Shown: piece after piece, positions 1 to 9,966 of the stretch
Layout: each line of letters begins with the position of its first letter
Numbering within the stretch: the stretch's first letter is position 1
Origin: Deltaproteobacteria bacterium TL4
Lineage (GTDB): Bacteria; SAR324; NAC60-12
Direction of reading: 5' to 3'
DNA: 64,000 nt
Assembly: GCA_051382335.1 (NCBI GenBank)
Contig: JBBCAX010000168.1
Coordinates: 1-64,000, forward strand
Program-made: the position numbers and the translations under genes
Notes under the pieces: model-generated
The model's database searches: none
Told to the model about the DNA's origin: nothing
The model's input: only the letters and a program-made list of their open reading frames with translations

Positions 1-12
1 ATAACAAGAAAT

Positions 13-50
13 GCTTTCGCATTTTTGGCCAAAGCAAGCTTTGGCACTCC
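13..50. repeat. Partial copy of palindromic repeat family A (REP/MITE-like), at the window edge
   Basis: TTTGGCCAAAGCAAGCTTTGGCACTCC (24-50) is identical to the right arm at 19261-19287. The preceding GCTTTCGC matches the loop of the copy at 54298-54363. Confidence 0.85.
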
Positions 51-159
51 TTAGGACATTTGTGAAGAGTAGCATCATTCATTTCATGCACGGGTATTGC
101 CCCAATCCCGATACCCAATTTCCTCCCTAATGATATTCGACGCAAGGGGACCTGCAACT

Positions 160-2493
160 TTACCGAACTTCTTTTGCCGTCAATTCAGGAGTGATGACAA
201 AAGTACAGCCCTCTTTCCAACGGTTACATCCCCAGGCTCGTTTTCCTTGAATGATCTGTCCTTTTTTACATTGTGGGCATACATCCCCTAATTGCAGGGA
301 GGGATTCGTTTGAAAAACCTGCCTTGAGGCGGGTGTTTGTTGGGGCGAGCCCATAGCTTGTATCTCCATAGGGGAGGAAAGCGTGTTATTAAAATCAAAG
401 ACAAGTTTAAATTCATGATCAAGTTTCAAAGCGGCGTCAAAGGTTTTTCCCTGTTTGGAAACAAAGCCTTTAATCACGGAGGTCTGCCCTTTCTGAAGCA
501 GCGCTTCCAGTTGCTTTGAGTTGAGCGTCACGTTTGATTTTTGTTTCCAGAGCGTAAAGCCGCAGCCTTCTTTCCAACGCTGACATCCCAAGGCTTTGCC
601 TTTATCAATAATCCAGCCCACTTTACATTGGGGACAAACACCGAGGTGGTCTTTAGGCGGGAGGGGGGCTTGCGCCGTTGAAGCTGTCGCGCCAGGAGAT
701 AGCGGACTGGTAGTTGGCGGCATGGGGGCTTCTACCACTTCTTTAACTAATGTGACAAGGAACTGCTCCATATCTTTCATAAAAACCTCCAAAGTATATT
801 TTTGATTTTCAATGGCTCTTAGTTTTTGTTCCCATTGACCTGTTAATTCCGCGGATTTCAGAATGGGATTTTGGATTAAATGGATCAACTCAATTCCTTT
901 TACGGTGGGTTGGAGTGCCTTTTTGACACGTTGGATATATTCCCGTTTAAACAACGTTTCTAAAATCGCGGCACGTGTTGCGGGACGCCCGATTCCATTT
1001 TCTTTTAAGGCAACCTGTAAGGCCTCATCGTCTAATTCCTTACCTGCGGTTTCCATGGCTCGTAATAAGGTGGCTTCCGTGTAAGGTCGTGGGGGATGGG
1101 TCCGCTTTTCTTCAAGTTTGGGTTGATGGGGGCCACGCTCGCCTTTAACAAAGTTGGGTAAAATCTGTGTTTCTTCTTCTTTTTTCTTTACGTCGGGTAA
1201 GGCTTCCTTTTCAAAAAGAATTTGCCATCCAGGATCCAGAATTTGTTTTCCTGTCGCTTTGAAAGGGTGTTCCGCGGACGAAGCTTTAATGACGGTTTGG
1301 GAAAATTCGCAATCAGGATAAAAGGCGGCGATAAACCGTCTGCAGATGAGATAAAACACTTTTTGCTCATCATAACTCAGCGTTGCGGAAGACTTCCCTG
1401 TGGGAATAATCGCATGGTGATCAGTGACTTTCACATCATTGAACACCTTTGAGGATTGGGATATTGGTTTTTCCAACAAAGGGGCCACCTGAGAACTCCA
1501 GTCAGGCAAACCTTTCAAAATACCTGTGATTTTGGGGTAGAGGTCTTTGGGAAGGTAGGTGGTGTCAACACGTGGATAAGAAATCAGTTTTTTCTCATAT
1601 AAAGACTGGGCGTGTTTCAACGTATTTTCCGCCGTCAACGAGTAAAGCCGGTTTCCCTCCATTTGTAAGGTGGTGAGGTCATAAAGTCGGGGTGGCGCTT
1701 CTTTGCCTTTACGGGTGGTGATGGATTGAATCACAAAAACATGGTTTTGAATCGCTGCCAGAACTTGACTTCCGGTTTCCTGGTTTTCAAATTTTCCTTT
1801 TTCAAATTGGAATTTTACCTCTCGATAAAGCGTGTGCAATTCCCAATAAGATTCAGGTTTAAAGTTTTCTATCTCCTCATAACGATTGACAATCATGGCT
1901 AACGTTGGGGTTTGAACTCTGCCAATTGAAAGTAAGCCGCGGTCCGTGAATTTTTTTGAATAGAGTCGACTGCCATTCATCCCAAGCAGCCAATCACTGA
2001 TGGCTCGGGCCTTCCCTGCCCAAAAAAGAGGATCAAACTCCCTCGAATCATGCATCTTTTGAAAACCTTCCCGGATCGCTTCTTCGGTTAAGGAGGATAT
2101 CCACAAACGTTTCACTTCTATTTGGTTTCCCAAGGCTTCTAACACCCAGCGCTGTATCAACTCACCTTCTTGTCCCGCGTCTCCGCAGTTAATGATCAGT
2201 GAGGCTTTAGCATGCAGGTTTTGAATGATTTTGAATTGTTTTCGAATATGGGGAGCGTTAATGAGCTTTATACCGTGGGATTGCGGCAAAATAGGCAGTT
2301 GTTGCAAAGACCAGACTTTATAAGCGGGACTATAATCTTCAGGCTCCTTCAATTGAAACAGGTGTCCATAAGTCCACGTTACCCAATAGCCGTTACCTTC
2401 AAAATAGCCTTCCTTTTTTTGTTTTGCTCCGACAACCCCAGCGATTTCACGAGCTACTGACGGTTTTTCCGCAATACATAATTTAAAACTCAT
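160..2493 (-). CDS. topB: DNA topoisomerase III (type IA) with two C-terminal zinc ribbons
   Basis: IAEKPS Toprim start, DAGQEGELI, SIGRVQTPTL, catalytic SYPRVD, GIGRPATRA, and two CPQC...GC..W..GC ribbons. Confidence 0.93.
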   Translation of the reverse strand: MSFKLCIAEKPSVAREIAGVVGAKQKKEGYFEGNGYWVTWTYGHLFQLKEPEDYSPAYKVWSLQQLPILPQSHGIKLINAPHIRKQFKIIQNLHAKASLIINCGDAGQEGELIQRWVLEALGNQIEVKRLWISSLTEEAIREGFQKMHDSREFDPLFWAGKARAISDWLLGMNGSRLYSKKFTDRGLLSIGRVQTPTLAMIVNRYEEIENFKPESYWELHTLYREVKFQFEKGKFENQETGSQVLAAIQNHVFVIQSITTRKGKEAPPRLYDLTTLQMEGNRLYSLTAENTLKHAQSLYEKKLISYPRVDTTYLPKDLYPKITGILKGLPDWSSQVAPLLEKPISQSSKVFNDVKVTDHHAIIPTGKSSATLSYDEQKVFYLICRRFIAAFYPDCEFSQTVIKASSAEHPFKATGKQILDPGWQILFEKEALPDVKKKEEETQILPNFVKGERGPHQPKLEEKRTHPPRPYTEATLLRAMETAGKELDDEALQVALKENGIGRPATRAAILETLFKREYIQRVKKALQPTVKGIELIHLIQNPILKSAELTGQWEQKLRAIENQKYTLEVFMKDMEQFLVTLVKEVVEAPMPPTTSPLSPGATASTAQAPLPPKDHLGVCPQCKVGWIIDKGKALGCQRWKEGCGFTLWKQKSNVTLNSKQLEALLQKGQTSVIKGFVSKQGKTFDAALKLDHEFKLVFDFNNTLSSPMEIQAMGSPQQTPASRQVFQTNPSLQLGDVCPQCKKGQIIQGKRAWGCNRWKEGCTFVITPELTAKEVR

Positions 2494-2584
2494 GGCTCTA
2501 CTCCTCTGAGGTCCTCATCAGCGATTGAGAAAACCCAACATCCTCACCACTGGTGTCTCCAACGTTTCCAATCACTCAGCTTCA

Positions 2585-4000
2585 TCATTTTGCAGGCGGC
2601 ATGTCTGGTAACGTTTTTACTGACGGAAGCAATTTTTCTTCCAGTAAAGCCTTGGGAAGTTCGTGTGTTTCAGCGTCATCTTCACTTTTTTCAGTCGAGG
2701 AATCCACATCCGCGGCACAGCGGAAACCGATGTTAAAAGAACGAACCCATTGTGGATAAGCAAAACGTTGTGCGGAACGGAGTCCGTCCGCCTGACTCAC
2801 ACCAAAAGCCCCGCCCCAGGCTCCGCCTTTAACGGTTTTTACCAGGGAGTTCTCCTCGGAAGGCCTTTGGGGTCCTTGAGGATTGGTATTTTCTCCTTTT
2901 TCAAAGTAATCGGGCGCATACCAATCACTGACCCATTCCATGACATTCCCATGAGGATCATAAAGACCTAACGCATTCGGTTGTTTGGTCGCGACTCTAT
3001 GTGCGTAGGGTTCTCCTGAGGCGACAGTCGTTGTTTCATACCATGCGTATTTTTCCAAATCCGCAGGATCATTGCCAAAAGCGTATAAGGCGCGACTACC
3101 AGCCCGGGCCGCTTTTTCCCACTCAGCTTCGGTGGGCAGACGTTTCTGAAGGGATTCACAATATTTTTTAGCGTTTTCCCAATCGACAAAGACCACAGGT
3201 TGTTGTGCTTCCGTTGTGTCAAACATACCATGCCCCCGCTCACACTCCTTGCACTGCGAATAGGCTTCGTTGGTGACTTCATGAATATCCATCCTGAAAC
3301 TTTTTACATAGACTTCGTGAGCAGGTTTTGAATCCGTTTTTCCCAAATTGCTGCCCATCATAAAACGTCCCTGAGGAACCAGCACCATCAATCCCACAAC
3401 AGCGGAGGTCTCTGTGGCTTCAGAGGGTTTTTCACTGGAAACGGAAGAGGGTTCGGCGACTATCGGCGCGGGTGAAGGAGCAGGCATAGGAAGTGAATCT
3501 TCTATGCTGAATTTTGACTTCCTGCTAGCTTTCCATAAAACTTGATCACTGAGAAATTCATACAACTGTAATGTGATATCAATCGTTTCCTGTGAAATGG
3601 TATAGGTTCCAGACACCGTCCAGTCGGCTCCAACCAATCCCGAAAGGTTGTGGCTGAGTTCGCTCCCCGAAGCCTTGGGAAAGGCTTCAAGCCACTCTTG
3701 ACGCACTTTGGAAATCTCTTGAAAATCAACGACTGAACGTTGGGCATCGAGCAGCGCCTGAATGAATAACGCTTCCAATTTTTGAGAAACCACATCACGC
3801 TGCTTATTTTCTAAATTGATAATATCCAGTACCACGATCAACGGTTTGACCCTGGTTGAAGATTTCAGTTGGGTGAGCAGATCTTCAGCCAGACTTTCGA
3901 TGGCCTGTGGAACGGACGGCTGAGTTTGAGCAACGACTTGAGTGTTACAGGTGACCCAACCCACACAAAGGATGAACAGTAAACGTAGAGACGTTTTCAT
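2585..4000 (-). CDS. Secreted FGE-sulfatase (SUMF1/CLec-fold) domain protein with an N-terminal TolB-N/FlgO-like domain
   Basis: Signal peptide, Pro/Ser linker, then FMMGS, HEVTN, RLPTEAEWEKAAR, PNALGLYD..GNVMEW and GFRC motifs. Confidence 0.85.
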   Translation of the reverse strand: MKTSLRLLFILCVGWVTCNTQVVAQTQPSVPQAIESLAEDLLTQLKSSTRVKPLIVVLDIINLENKQRDVVSQKLEALFIQALLDAQRSVVDFQEISKVRQEWLEAFPKASGSELSHNLSGLVGADWTVSGTYTISQETIDITLQLYEFLSDQVLWKASRKSKFSIEDSLPMPAPSPAPIVAEPSSVSSEKPSEATETSAVVGLMVLVPQGRFMMGSNLGKTDSKPAHEVYVKSFRMDIHEVTNEAYSQCKECERGHGMFDTTEAQQPVVFVDWENAKKYCESLQKRLPTEAEWEKAARAGSRALYAFGNDPADLEKYAWYETTTVASGEPYAHRVATKQPNALGLYDPHGNVMEWVSDWYAPDYFEKGENTNPQGPQRPSEENSLVKTVKGGAWGGAFGVSQADGLRSAQRFAYPQWVRSFNIGFRCAADVDSSTEKSEDDAETHELPKALLEEKLLPSVKTLPDMPPAK

Positions 4001-4002
4001 GC

Positions 4003-5439
4003 TTACAACTCCAAGGCCTGCCGAATCATTTTAATGCATTTTTCTTTTCCAAACAGACTGACCATCAACGGGAGTTCAGGACCGTGCTCTTCAAAGGTTA
4101 TGGCATAGCGAACCGGTAACCATAAGGGTTTGCCCTTAATGCCTGAAACTTTTTGAACTTGTTTCATGATCTGGGTAAAAGTAGAGGCATCCAGGTGCTC
4201 AAGGGCGTCCACTTGAGTTAAAAACTCATTCAGGACTTGCTTGGATTCCTCTTGTCGCAGGAACTCAATTAACTCAGGATTTGAAAGAGTTGGGGCTTCA
4301 TCAAAAAAAAGAGGCAGTTTTTCCTGGATGTCTTTAAGCGTAATCAAACGGGTTTGAACCATTGCGCAGGCCTGGATCATTAAGGCTTCGTCAATTTGAG
4401 CATAAGGGGTTGCTTCAATAAACGGTTTTAAACGTTGATAAAAATCATGGGGGTCCAATTTCATCATGTATTGTTGATTCATCCAATTGAGCTTTTCTTT
4501 GTCGAAGACGGACCCCGTTTTTCCGATTCTTTCCAGGGTAAACGCTTCGACCAATTCGTTGAAGGTAAAAAGTTCTCTATCCTCTGCCGTATGCCACCCT
4601 AAAAGCGCGATAAAGTTGATCATCGCTTCCGGCAGGTATCCCTGCGCGCGAAAATCTTCCACAGAGACATCCCCTTGGCGCTTACTGAGTTTGGAGCGGT
4701 CTGGATTTAGAATTAACGAAAGGTGCGCAAATTGTGGAGGCTCCCAACCAAAATAACGGAATAGCAAAAGATGTTTGGGAAAGGAAGGCAGCCACTCTTC
4801 ACCCCGGATCACATGCGTGATTTTCATTAAATGATCATCAATCACTACGGCTAAATGATAGGTAGGAAAGCCATCCGATTTTAAAAGCACCTGATCTTCC
4901 AACTGATCGGTCTCAATGGCGATATTCCCTCGTATCAGATCCTGGAGTAGCAAGGTTTCATTCATCTCGGGAATCTTCATTCGTATGACGTGGGCTTCAC
5001 CCGCGTTGATGCGGTCTTGCACAGACTTCGGATCAAGGTTTCGGCAATGACCATCATAGCCTGTCATTTGATTGACGGTCTGTTGTTCCGTTTTTAAAGC
5101 CTCTAAACGCTCTTGAGAACAAAAACAGGGATAAGCAAACCCTTTATCCAGTAACGTTTGAAGATGTTGCCGATAAATCGCCAAACGTTCAGATTGCCGA
5201 TAGGGGCCGTAGTCCCCACCCTTTCCAGGACCTTCATCAATTTCAATGCCTGCCCAATGGAGCATCTGGAGCAGACTCTGGTCGGCCCCCTCAACCAAAC
5301 GCTGTTGATCCGTATCTTCCAAACGAAACACAAAGGTTCCCTGATGATGCTTGGCAAAAAGATAGTTAAATAAAGCGGTTCTCAAACCGCCAACATGCAG
5401 GTATCCCGTAGGGCTTGGAGCAAAACGTACACGTACCAT
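4003..5439 (-). CDS. gltX: Glutamate--tRNA ligase
   Basis: RVRFAPSPTGYLHVGG (HIGH motif), KLSKR (KMSKS motif), ITHVIRGEEW. Start moved to the ATG at 5439. Confidence 0.95.
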   Translation of the reverse strand: MVRVRFAPSPTGYLHVGGLRTALFNYLFAKHHQGTFVFRLEDTDQQRLVEGADQSLLQMLHWAGIEIDEGPGKGGDYGPYRQSERLAIYRQHLQTLLDKGFAYPCFCSQERLEALKTEQQTVNQMTGYDGHCRNLDPKSVQDRINAGEAHVIRMKIPEMNETLLLQDLIRGNIAIETDQLEDQVLLKSDGFPTYHLAVVIDDHLMKITHVIRGEEWLPSFPKHLLLFRYFGWEPPQFAHLSLILNPDRSKLSKRQGDVSVEDFRAQGYLPEAMINFIALLGWHTAEDRELFTFNELVEAFTLERIGKTGSVFDKEKLNWMNQQYMMKLDPHDFYQRLKPFIEATPYAQIDEALMIQACAMVQTRLITLKDIQEKLPLFFDEAPTLSNPELIEFLRQEESKQVLNEFLTQVDALEHLDASTFTQIMKQVQKVSGIKGKPLWLPVRYAITFEEHGPELPLMVSLFGKEKCIKMIRQALEL

Positions 5440-5470
5440 AAGTTCTCTTTCGTCCAGAATCATAAAAAGG

Positions 5471-6577
5471 TTAATCAAACTCGAAACGCCTCATTCGAAT
5501 ATTGAGCAAAATTCCCACTCCAAACATCATGGATAACATCGAAGAGCCGCCATAACTGAAAAAAGGTAAAGGAACCCCGACAACAGGCATCAATCCCAAA
5601 ACCATACCAATATTGATTAAAACTTGAGAAGTAATGATAGTTACAATGCCCACGGTTAGAATGGCGCTGGTACGATCTTTGATTCTCACAACATTGGAAA
5701 GGGCCCATAACGTGAGGAGTAAAAATAAAAATAAGACAAACAGCGCTCCCACAAAACCCCACTCTTCTGAAAATACTGAAAATATAAAATCCGTATGATG
5801 AGCGGGTAAAAAATTCAACTGACCTTGCGTTCCGTGGACAAAGCCCTTGCCCCATAAATTTCCGCTTCCCACCGCGATTTTCGATTGGATCACATGATAC
5901 CCCGTCCCCAAGGGGTCGCGATCAGGATTCAAGAAGGTTGAAATACGCTCTTGTTGATAGGGTTTGAGGACATAAAACCAGGCAATAGGTAAGGAAACGG
6001 TTGTTACCACAAAAATGATGAAGAGGCTTCGAAGTCGAATTCCAACTAAAAAAATGATCGGGAGATAGATGATCAATAACAAGATCGCGGTACCTAAATC
6101 CGGCTGTTTTAAGATGAGCACAAAGGGAATGAGGACTAAAGTCGTGGGGAGGATCAGGTCAAACCACCCTAAATTTCCAATTTTTCGGCTTTCACGAAAA
6201 TAATGGGCCAAGCATAAAACCGTCGAAAATTTGGCAAACTCCGAAGGCTGAATAAAGACAGGTCCTACTTCCAACCAGCGTTCTACAGGAGAACCGGGTC
6301 CTCCTGTTCCAAACAAGGAGACCAAAACGAGGAGCAGAATGACAAGGAAATGAAATAAAAATCCCCACCGGGTCCAAATTCGATAATCAATCAAAAGAGT
6401 ACAAAACGCGACGCCACACCCGATAAACAGCCAATACAGTTGACGTTTCCGGTAAATAAGCATCGCAATATTTCCTTCTGTTGCCGAATACATCGCAACC
6501 ATCCCAACGGTACAAATCAGCAGCACAATCATTAAAAGAAACCAGTCAAAGTTCGAAATTAATCTTCGGTCAAACAT
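5471..6577 (-). CDS. rodA: Rod shape-determining SEDS glycosyltransferase RodA
   Basis: IQPSEFAK, QPDLGT, GYHVIQSKIAVGSG, HTDFIFS, PLPFFSYGGSS; multi-TM. Confidence 0.93.
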   Translation of the reverse strand: MFDRRLISNFDWFLLMIVLLICTVGMVAMYSATEGNIAMLIYRKRQLYWLFIGCGVAFCTLLIDYRIWTRWGFLFHFLVILLLVLVSLFGTGGPGSPVERWLEVGPVFIQPSEFAKFSTVLCLAHYFRESRKIGNLGWFDLILPTTLVLIPFVLILKQPDLGTAILLLIIYLPIIFLVGIRLRSLFIIFVVTTVSLPIAWFYVLKPYQQERISTFLNPDRDPLGTGYHVIQSKIAVGSGNLWGKGFVHGTQGQLNFLPAHHTDFIFSVFSEEWGFVGALFVLFLFLLLTLWALSNVVRIKDRTSAILTVGIVTIITSQVLINIGMVLGLMPVVGVPLPFFSYGGSSMLSMMFGVGILLNIRMRRFEFD

Positions 6578-6590
6578 GCTATTTACTTGA

Positions 6591-7379
6591 TTAGGATTTA
6601 CGGTTTAAATGGGCCATGGCTTTTAGTGTAAAACGTTTCGGTGCCAATTTTTGGGAATAACTGGCAAGTTGATTGACGACTCCCGGAATGATATCCAGCT
6701 TTCCTGATAACACACCGTCTAATCCCGCTTTGACCACAGCTTCAGGTGTTTTTTTTGCTGTTTCCTTAACTCTATTGGAGGAATTCTGGTTACCTTCCTG
6801 AGCTTCTTGCGTGATGGGCCCTGGACATAACGCCGTTACCATGATTCCGAAATCCTTGAGCTCAAAATGTAAGGCTTCCGCGAAACTCAACACATAGGCT
6901 TTGGACGCGGCGTAGACGGCATAATGAGGATGCGGCGTATTTCCTACCAGTGAAGAAACTTGTAAAATCCAGCCTTTTTTACGAATCAACATTCCATTGA
7001 GACAAAGATAAGTGAGTTCTGTGAGAGAGGCAATATTTAATTGCAGTGTTTCCAATTGTTGCTGCAACGCTAATTCCTTAAAATCACTAATGAAGCCCAT
7101 CTCAGCGTTGTTGACTAACAGCGCGATGGGGACTTTTAAGTGGGCTATTTGCTGATAGAGTCTTTGAGCGCCGTCTTTTGTGGTTAGATCACTGCAGATC
7201 AAATGGACGTCAATTTCGTGCATTTGCTCAAACTCTGCTTTTAACCGTCTTAACCGATCAATTCTTTTTGAGGTCAGAACGAGATTTACTCCAGCGATAG
7301 CAAGTTGTCGGGCAAACTCCACACCCAAACTATTCCCTGCGCCTGTAATCAATGCCCACTCTCCTTTGAGTTGTTCCAT
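6591..7379 (-). CDS. Short-chain dehydrogenase/reductase
   Basis: ITGAGNSLG Rossmann loop, LVNNA, catalytic YAASK, LCPG. Confidence 0.9.
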   Translation of the reverse strand: MEQLKGEWALITGAGNSLGVEFARQLAIAGVNLVLTSKRIDRLRRLKAEFEQMHEIDVHLICSDLTTKDGAQRLYQQIAHLKVPIALLVNNAEMGFISDFKELALQQQLETLQLNIASLTELTYLCLNGMLIRKKGWILQVSSLVGNTPHPHYAVYAASKAYVLSFAEALHFELKDFGIMVTALCPGPITQEAQEGNQNSSNRVKETAKKTPEAVVKAGLDGVLSGKLDIIPGVVNQLASYSQKLAPKRFTLKAMAHLNRKS

Positions 7380-7515
7380 AAGTCCTTAATTGGGTGGGGT
7401 TCTTGTTCATAAAGTACCGACACCATAAAAGAACCATTGTTAACTCTCAAGTTGAATTCAAAGAAGGTTGGCTCTCGTTAATTTAACCATTACGGACGCC
7501 CTTACGAGTTTGCTC

Positions 7516-7550
7516 TTGCTTTTCTGGGAGTTTCCGTCATAATGCGCCAC
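7516..7550 (+). promoter_or_regulatory. Putative sigma70 promoter with GC-rich discriminator, upstream of the helicase
   Basis: TTGCTT (7516-7521), 16-bp spacer, CATAAT (7538-7543), then GCGCCAC. Confidence 0.5.
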
Positions 7551-7703
7551 ATGAAGAAAATTCCCCTACACAGGACTTTCACCCTATTGGTTCATGCCCA
7601 TGTGCGTAAGCAATCGCTCCCGTTAGACTTGCTCTACTCCGTTTTTGCCTTTTTCCAAATGCAATAGAATTGGTTAGCGTTTTAGGGAATGTACTCTGTT
7701 TTA

Positions 7704-7808
7704 GTGCCGCTTAAGCGAAGCGAGCGCACCACAAAGAGGACCGCAGGTTTTTGGTACGCTCGCTTCGCTTAAGCGCACCCTACAACCCCTTCTCGGACAA
7801 CCACCTAG
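7704..7808. repeat. REP-like inverted-repeat doublet, family B
   Basis: Arms 7708-7731 and 7752-7775 are complementary at 23/24 positions. Ends in GCACCCTACA...TTCTCGGACAACC, like the copy at 51036-51145. Confidence 0.85.
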
Positions 7809-7930
7809 TCACTTGAGGCGGAACAAGGTTAATAACCTTTTTAAGATTACAATTAAAAAAATTTGCTGTCCCGGCTTGAATGCGTAGCTGACAGTTCCCA
7901 TCATACCCTATATCAATAAGAGACGATCCT

Positions 7931-9241
7931 ATGAGTTTTTCCCATTTTGGTTTATCCTCCTCTATCCTTAAAGCTGTGGCTGAGCAAGGTTACGAAATTC
8001 CAACACCTATTCAATCCGAGGCCATCCCCGCGGTAATGGCAGGCAAGGATGTGATGGCTGCGGCACAGACCGGTACCGGGAAGACCGCGGCTTTTGTTTT
8101 ACCCATTTTAGAACGGTTATCCAAAGGGGAACGTGCTCGGACGAATCAGGTGCGGACACTCGTACTGACGCCGACACGTGAATTGGCGGCCCAGATTGCG
8201 GAGAGTGTGGTGACTTACGGCAAGTATTTACCTTTGCGTTCCACCGTGGTCTTTGGTGGCGTGAATATCAATCCCCAGATGATGCGCTTACGTAAAGGGG
8301 TTGATGTCCTGGTGGCAACGCCGGGCCGTCTGCTGGATCTCTACAGTCAAAACGCGATGAAGTTTAATCAACTGGAAGTGTTGGTTTTGGATGAAGCTGA
8401 TCGAATGTTGGACATGGGGTTCATTCACGACATTCGACAAATTTTATCGCTATTGCCCGCGAAACGTCAGAACTTGATGTTTTCGGCGACTTTTTCTGAG
8501 GAAATTCGTGATTTGGCCAAGAGCATGGTCAATCATCCGGTGGAGATCTCGGTAACGCCACGCAACACGGCGGCGACAACCGTCGCACAGTGGATTTACC
8601 AGGTGGATAAAAAGCGGAAGCCGGCCTTGCTGACTCGCTTGATTAATGACAACAACTGGGAGCAGGTGCTGGTCTTTAGTAAAACCAAACATGGAGCAAA
8701 CCGTTTAACGCACTATTTGGAAAATGAGGGCATCAAAGCCACCGCGATTCATGGCAACAAGAGTCAGGGGGCGCGTACAAAAGCGTTGTCCGATTTTAAA
8801 AATGGCATGACCCGAATTTTGGTGGCAACGGATATCGCCGCCAGGGGCTTGGATATTGATCAGTTGCCTCAAGTGGTTAATTTTGATATGCCCAATGTGC
8901 CGCAAGATTATATTCACCGAATTGGTCGTACAGGTCGAGCCGGTTCCAAAGGCGAGGCGATCTCCTTGGTCAGTGCCGATGAGTTTAAGATGCTCTCTGA
9001 TATTGAACACCTCATCAAGCAGGTCTTGACACGCAAGATGATCGATGGCTTTGAACCGGTTCATAATTTACCGGTCTCCCGTTTGGATCACCGTCCACTT
9101 CGACCTGGCAAGCCGAAGCTCCCTAAAACAGGACACAGAGATGGACAACGTTTCGGAGCAAATTCGCCAGGGCCGAAACCGACTGGCCGCCGACAGAGAG
9201 GTCGCGGGGCACAACAGCTTTCCGCAAAATCTATAGCGTAA
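7931..9241 (+). CDS. rhlE: DEAD-box ATP-dependent RNA helicase, RhlE-like
   Basis: Q motif, [45 protein letters not shown], basic C-terminal tail. Confidence 0.88.
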   Translation: MSFSHFGLSSSILKAVAEQGYEIPTPIQSEAIPAVMAGKDVMAAAQTGTGKTAAFVLPILERLSKGERARTNQVRTLVLTPTRELAAQIAESVVTYGKYLPLRSTVVFGGVNINPQMMRLRKGVDVLVATPGRLLDLYSQNAMKFNQLEVLVLDEADRMLDMGFIHDIRQILSLLPAKRQNLMFSATFSEEIRDLAKSMVNHPVEISVTPRNTAATTVAQWIYQVDKKRKPALLTRLINDNNWEQVLVFSKTKHGANRLTHYLENEGIKATAIHGNKSQGARTKALSDFKNGMTRILVATDIAARGLDIDQLPQVVNFDMPNVPQDYIHRIGRTGRAGSKGEAISLVSADEFKMLSDIEHLIKQVLTRKMIDGFEPVHNLPVSRLDHRPLRPGKPKLPKTGHRDGQRFGANSPGPKPTGRRQRGRGAQQLSAKSIA

Positions 9242-9268
9242 CAGGAATCAATAACGATTGGAGGAACT

Positions 9269-9910
9269 ATGAATTCAACTGAGAGACCGCATTCACCCCG
9301 TATTTTTTGTATTGGAATGAATTATGCGGAACATGTTCGGGAATTATCGAACACTGTGCCGAAAACACCGGTTGTTTTTATGAAATCAGCAACGTGTCTT
9401 GTCGCGCCAGGACAAAGTGTGCATTTTCCAAAACACGGTCACGAACTTCATCACGAGGTAGAACTGGTAGTCAAACTTGGGAAGAAGGGAAAAGCAAAGA
9501 CCAAGGCGGAGGCCCTATCCTTCGTCAAGGAGATTACCTTGGGACTGGATTTGACTCTCCGTGACGTGCAAAGAGATTTAAAACAAAAGGGACTGCCGTG
9601 GGAAATGGCCAAATCTTTTGAAGAAAGTGCCCCTATGGGTGAATTCATCCCTTATGCGCCTTCCCTGGATTTGAGCAACATCTCCTTTGAGTGTAAGGTT
9701 AATGGCGTAGTAAAACAAAGAGGGAACACCGGAGACATGATCTTCTGCGTTGAAGAATTAATCCTTGCGTTGAGTGAGGTCTGGGCTTTGAATCCAGGGG
9801 ATCTGATTTACACGGGAACGCCCTCAGGAGTGGGGCTGCTTGCGGTTGGAGATACCATCACCATTGAGAATGAACAAATAGGTTCCTTCTCATGGAACAT
9901 TATTGCGTGA
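9269..9910 (+). CDS. Fumarylacetoacetate hydrolase family protein
   Basis: CIGMNYAEH, HHEVEL, RDVQ..LK.KGLPW..AK, GDLIYTGTPSGVG. Confidence 0.9.
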   Translation: MNSTERPHSPRIFCIGMNYAEHVRELSNTVPKTPVVFMKSATCLVAPGQSVHFPKHGHELHHEVELVVKLGKKGKAKTKAEALSFVKEITLGLDLTLRDVQRDLKQKGLPWEMAKSFEESAPMGEFIPYAPSLDLSNISFECKVNGVVKQRGNTGDMIFCVEELILALSEVWALNPGDLIYTGTPSGVGLLAVGDTITIENEQIGSFSWNIIA

Positions 9911-9966
9911 GGGGACAACCCTCGTGAGGGAAGGCCCTTAGCGATTTTATCAATTTCCTCATCATC

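Noticed and set aside
2585..2900. Diversity-generating retroelement target
   Set aside because: The fold fits, but I saw no template repeat or reverse transcriptase in the window.
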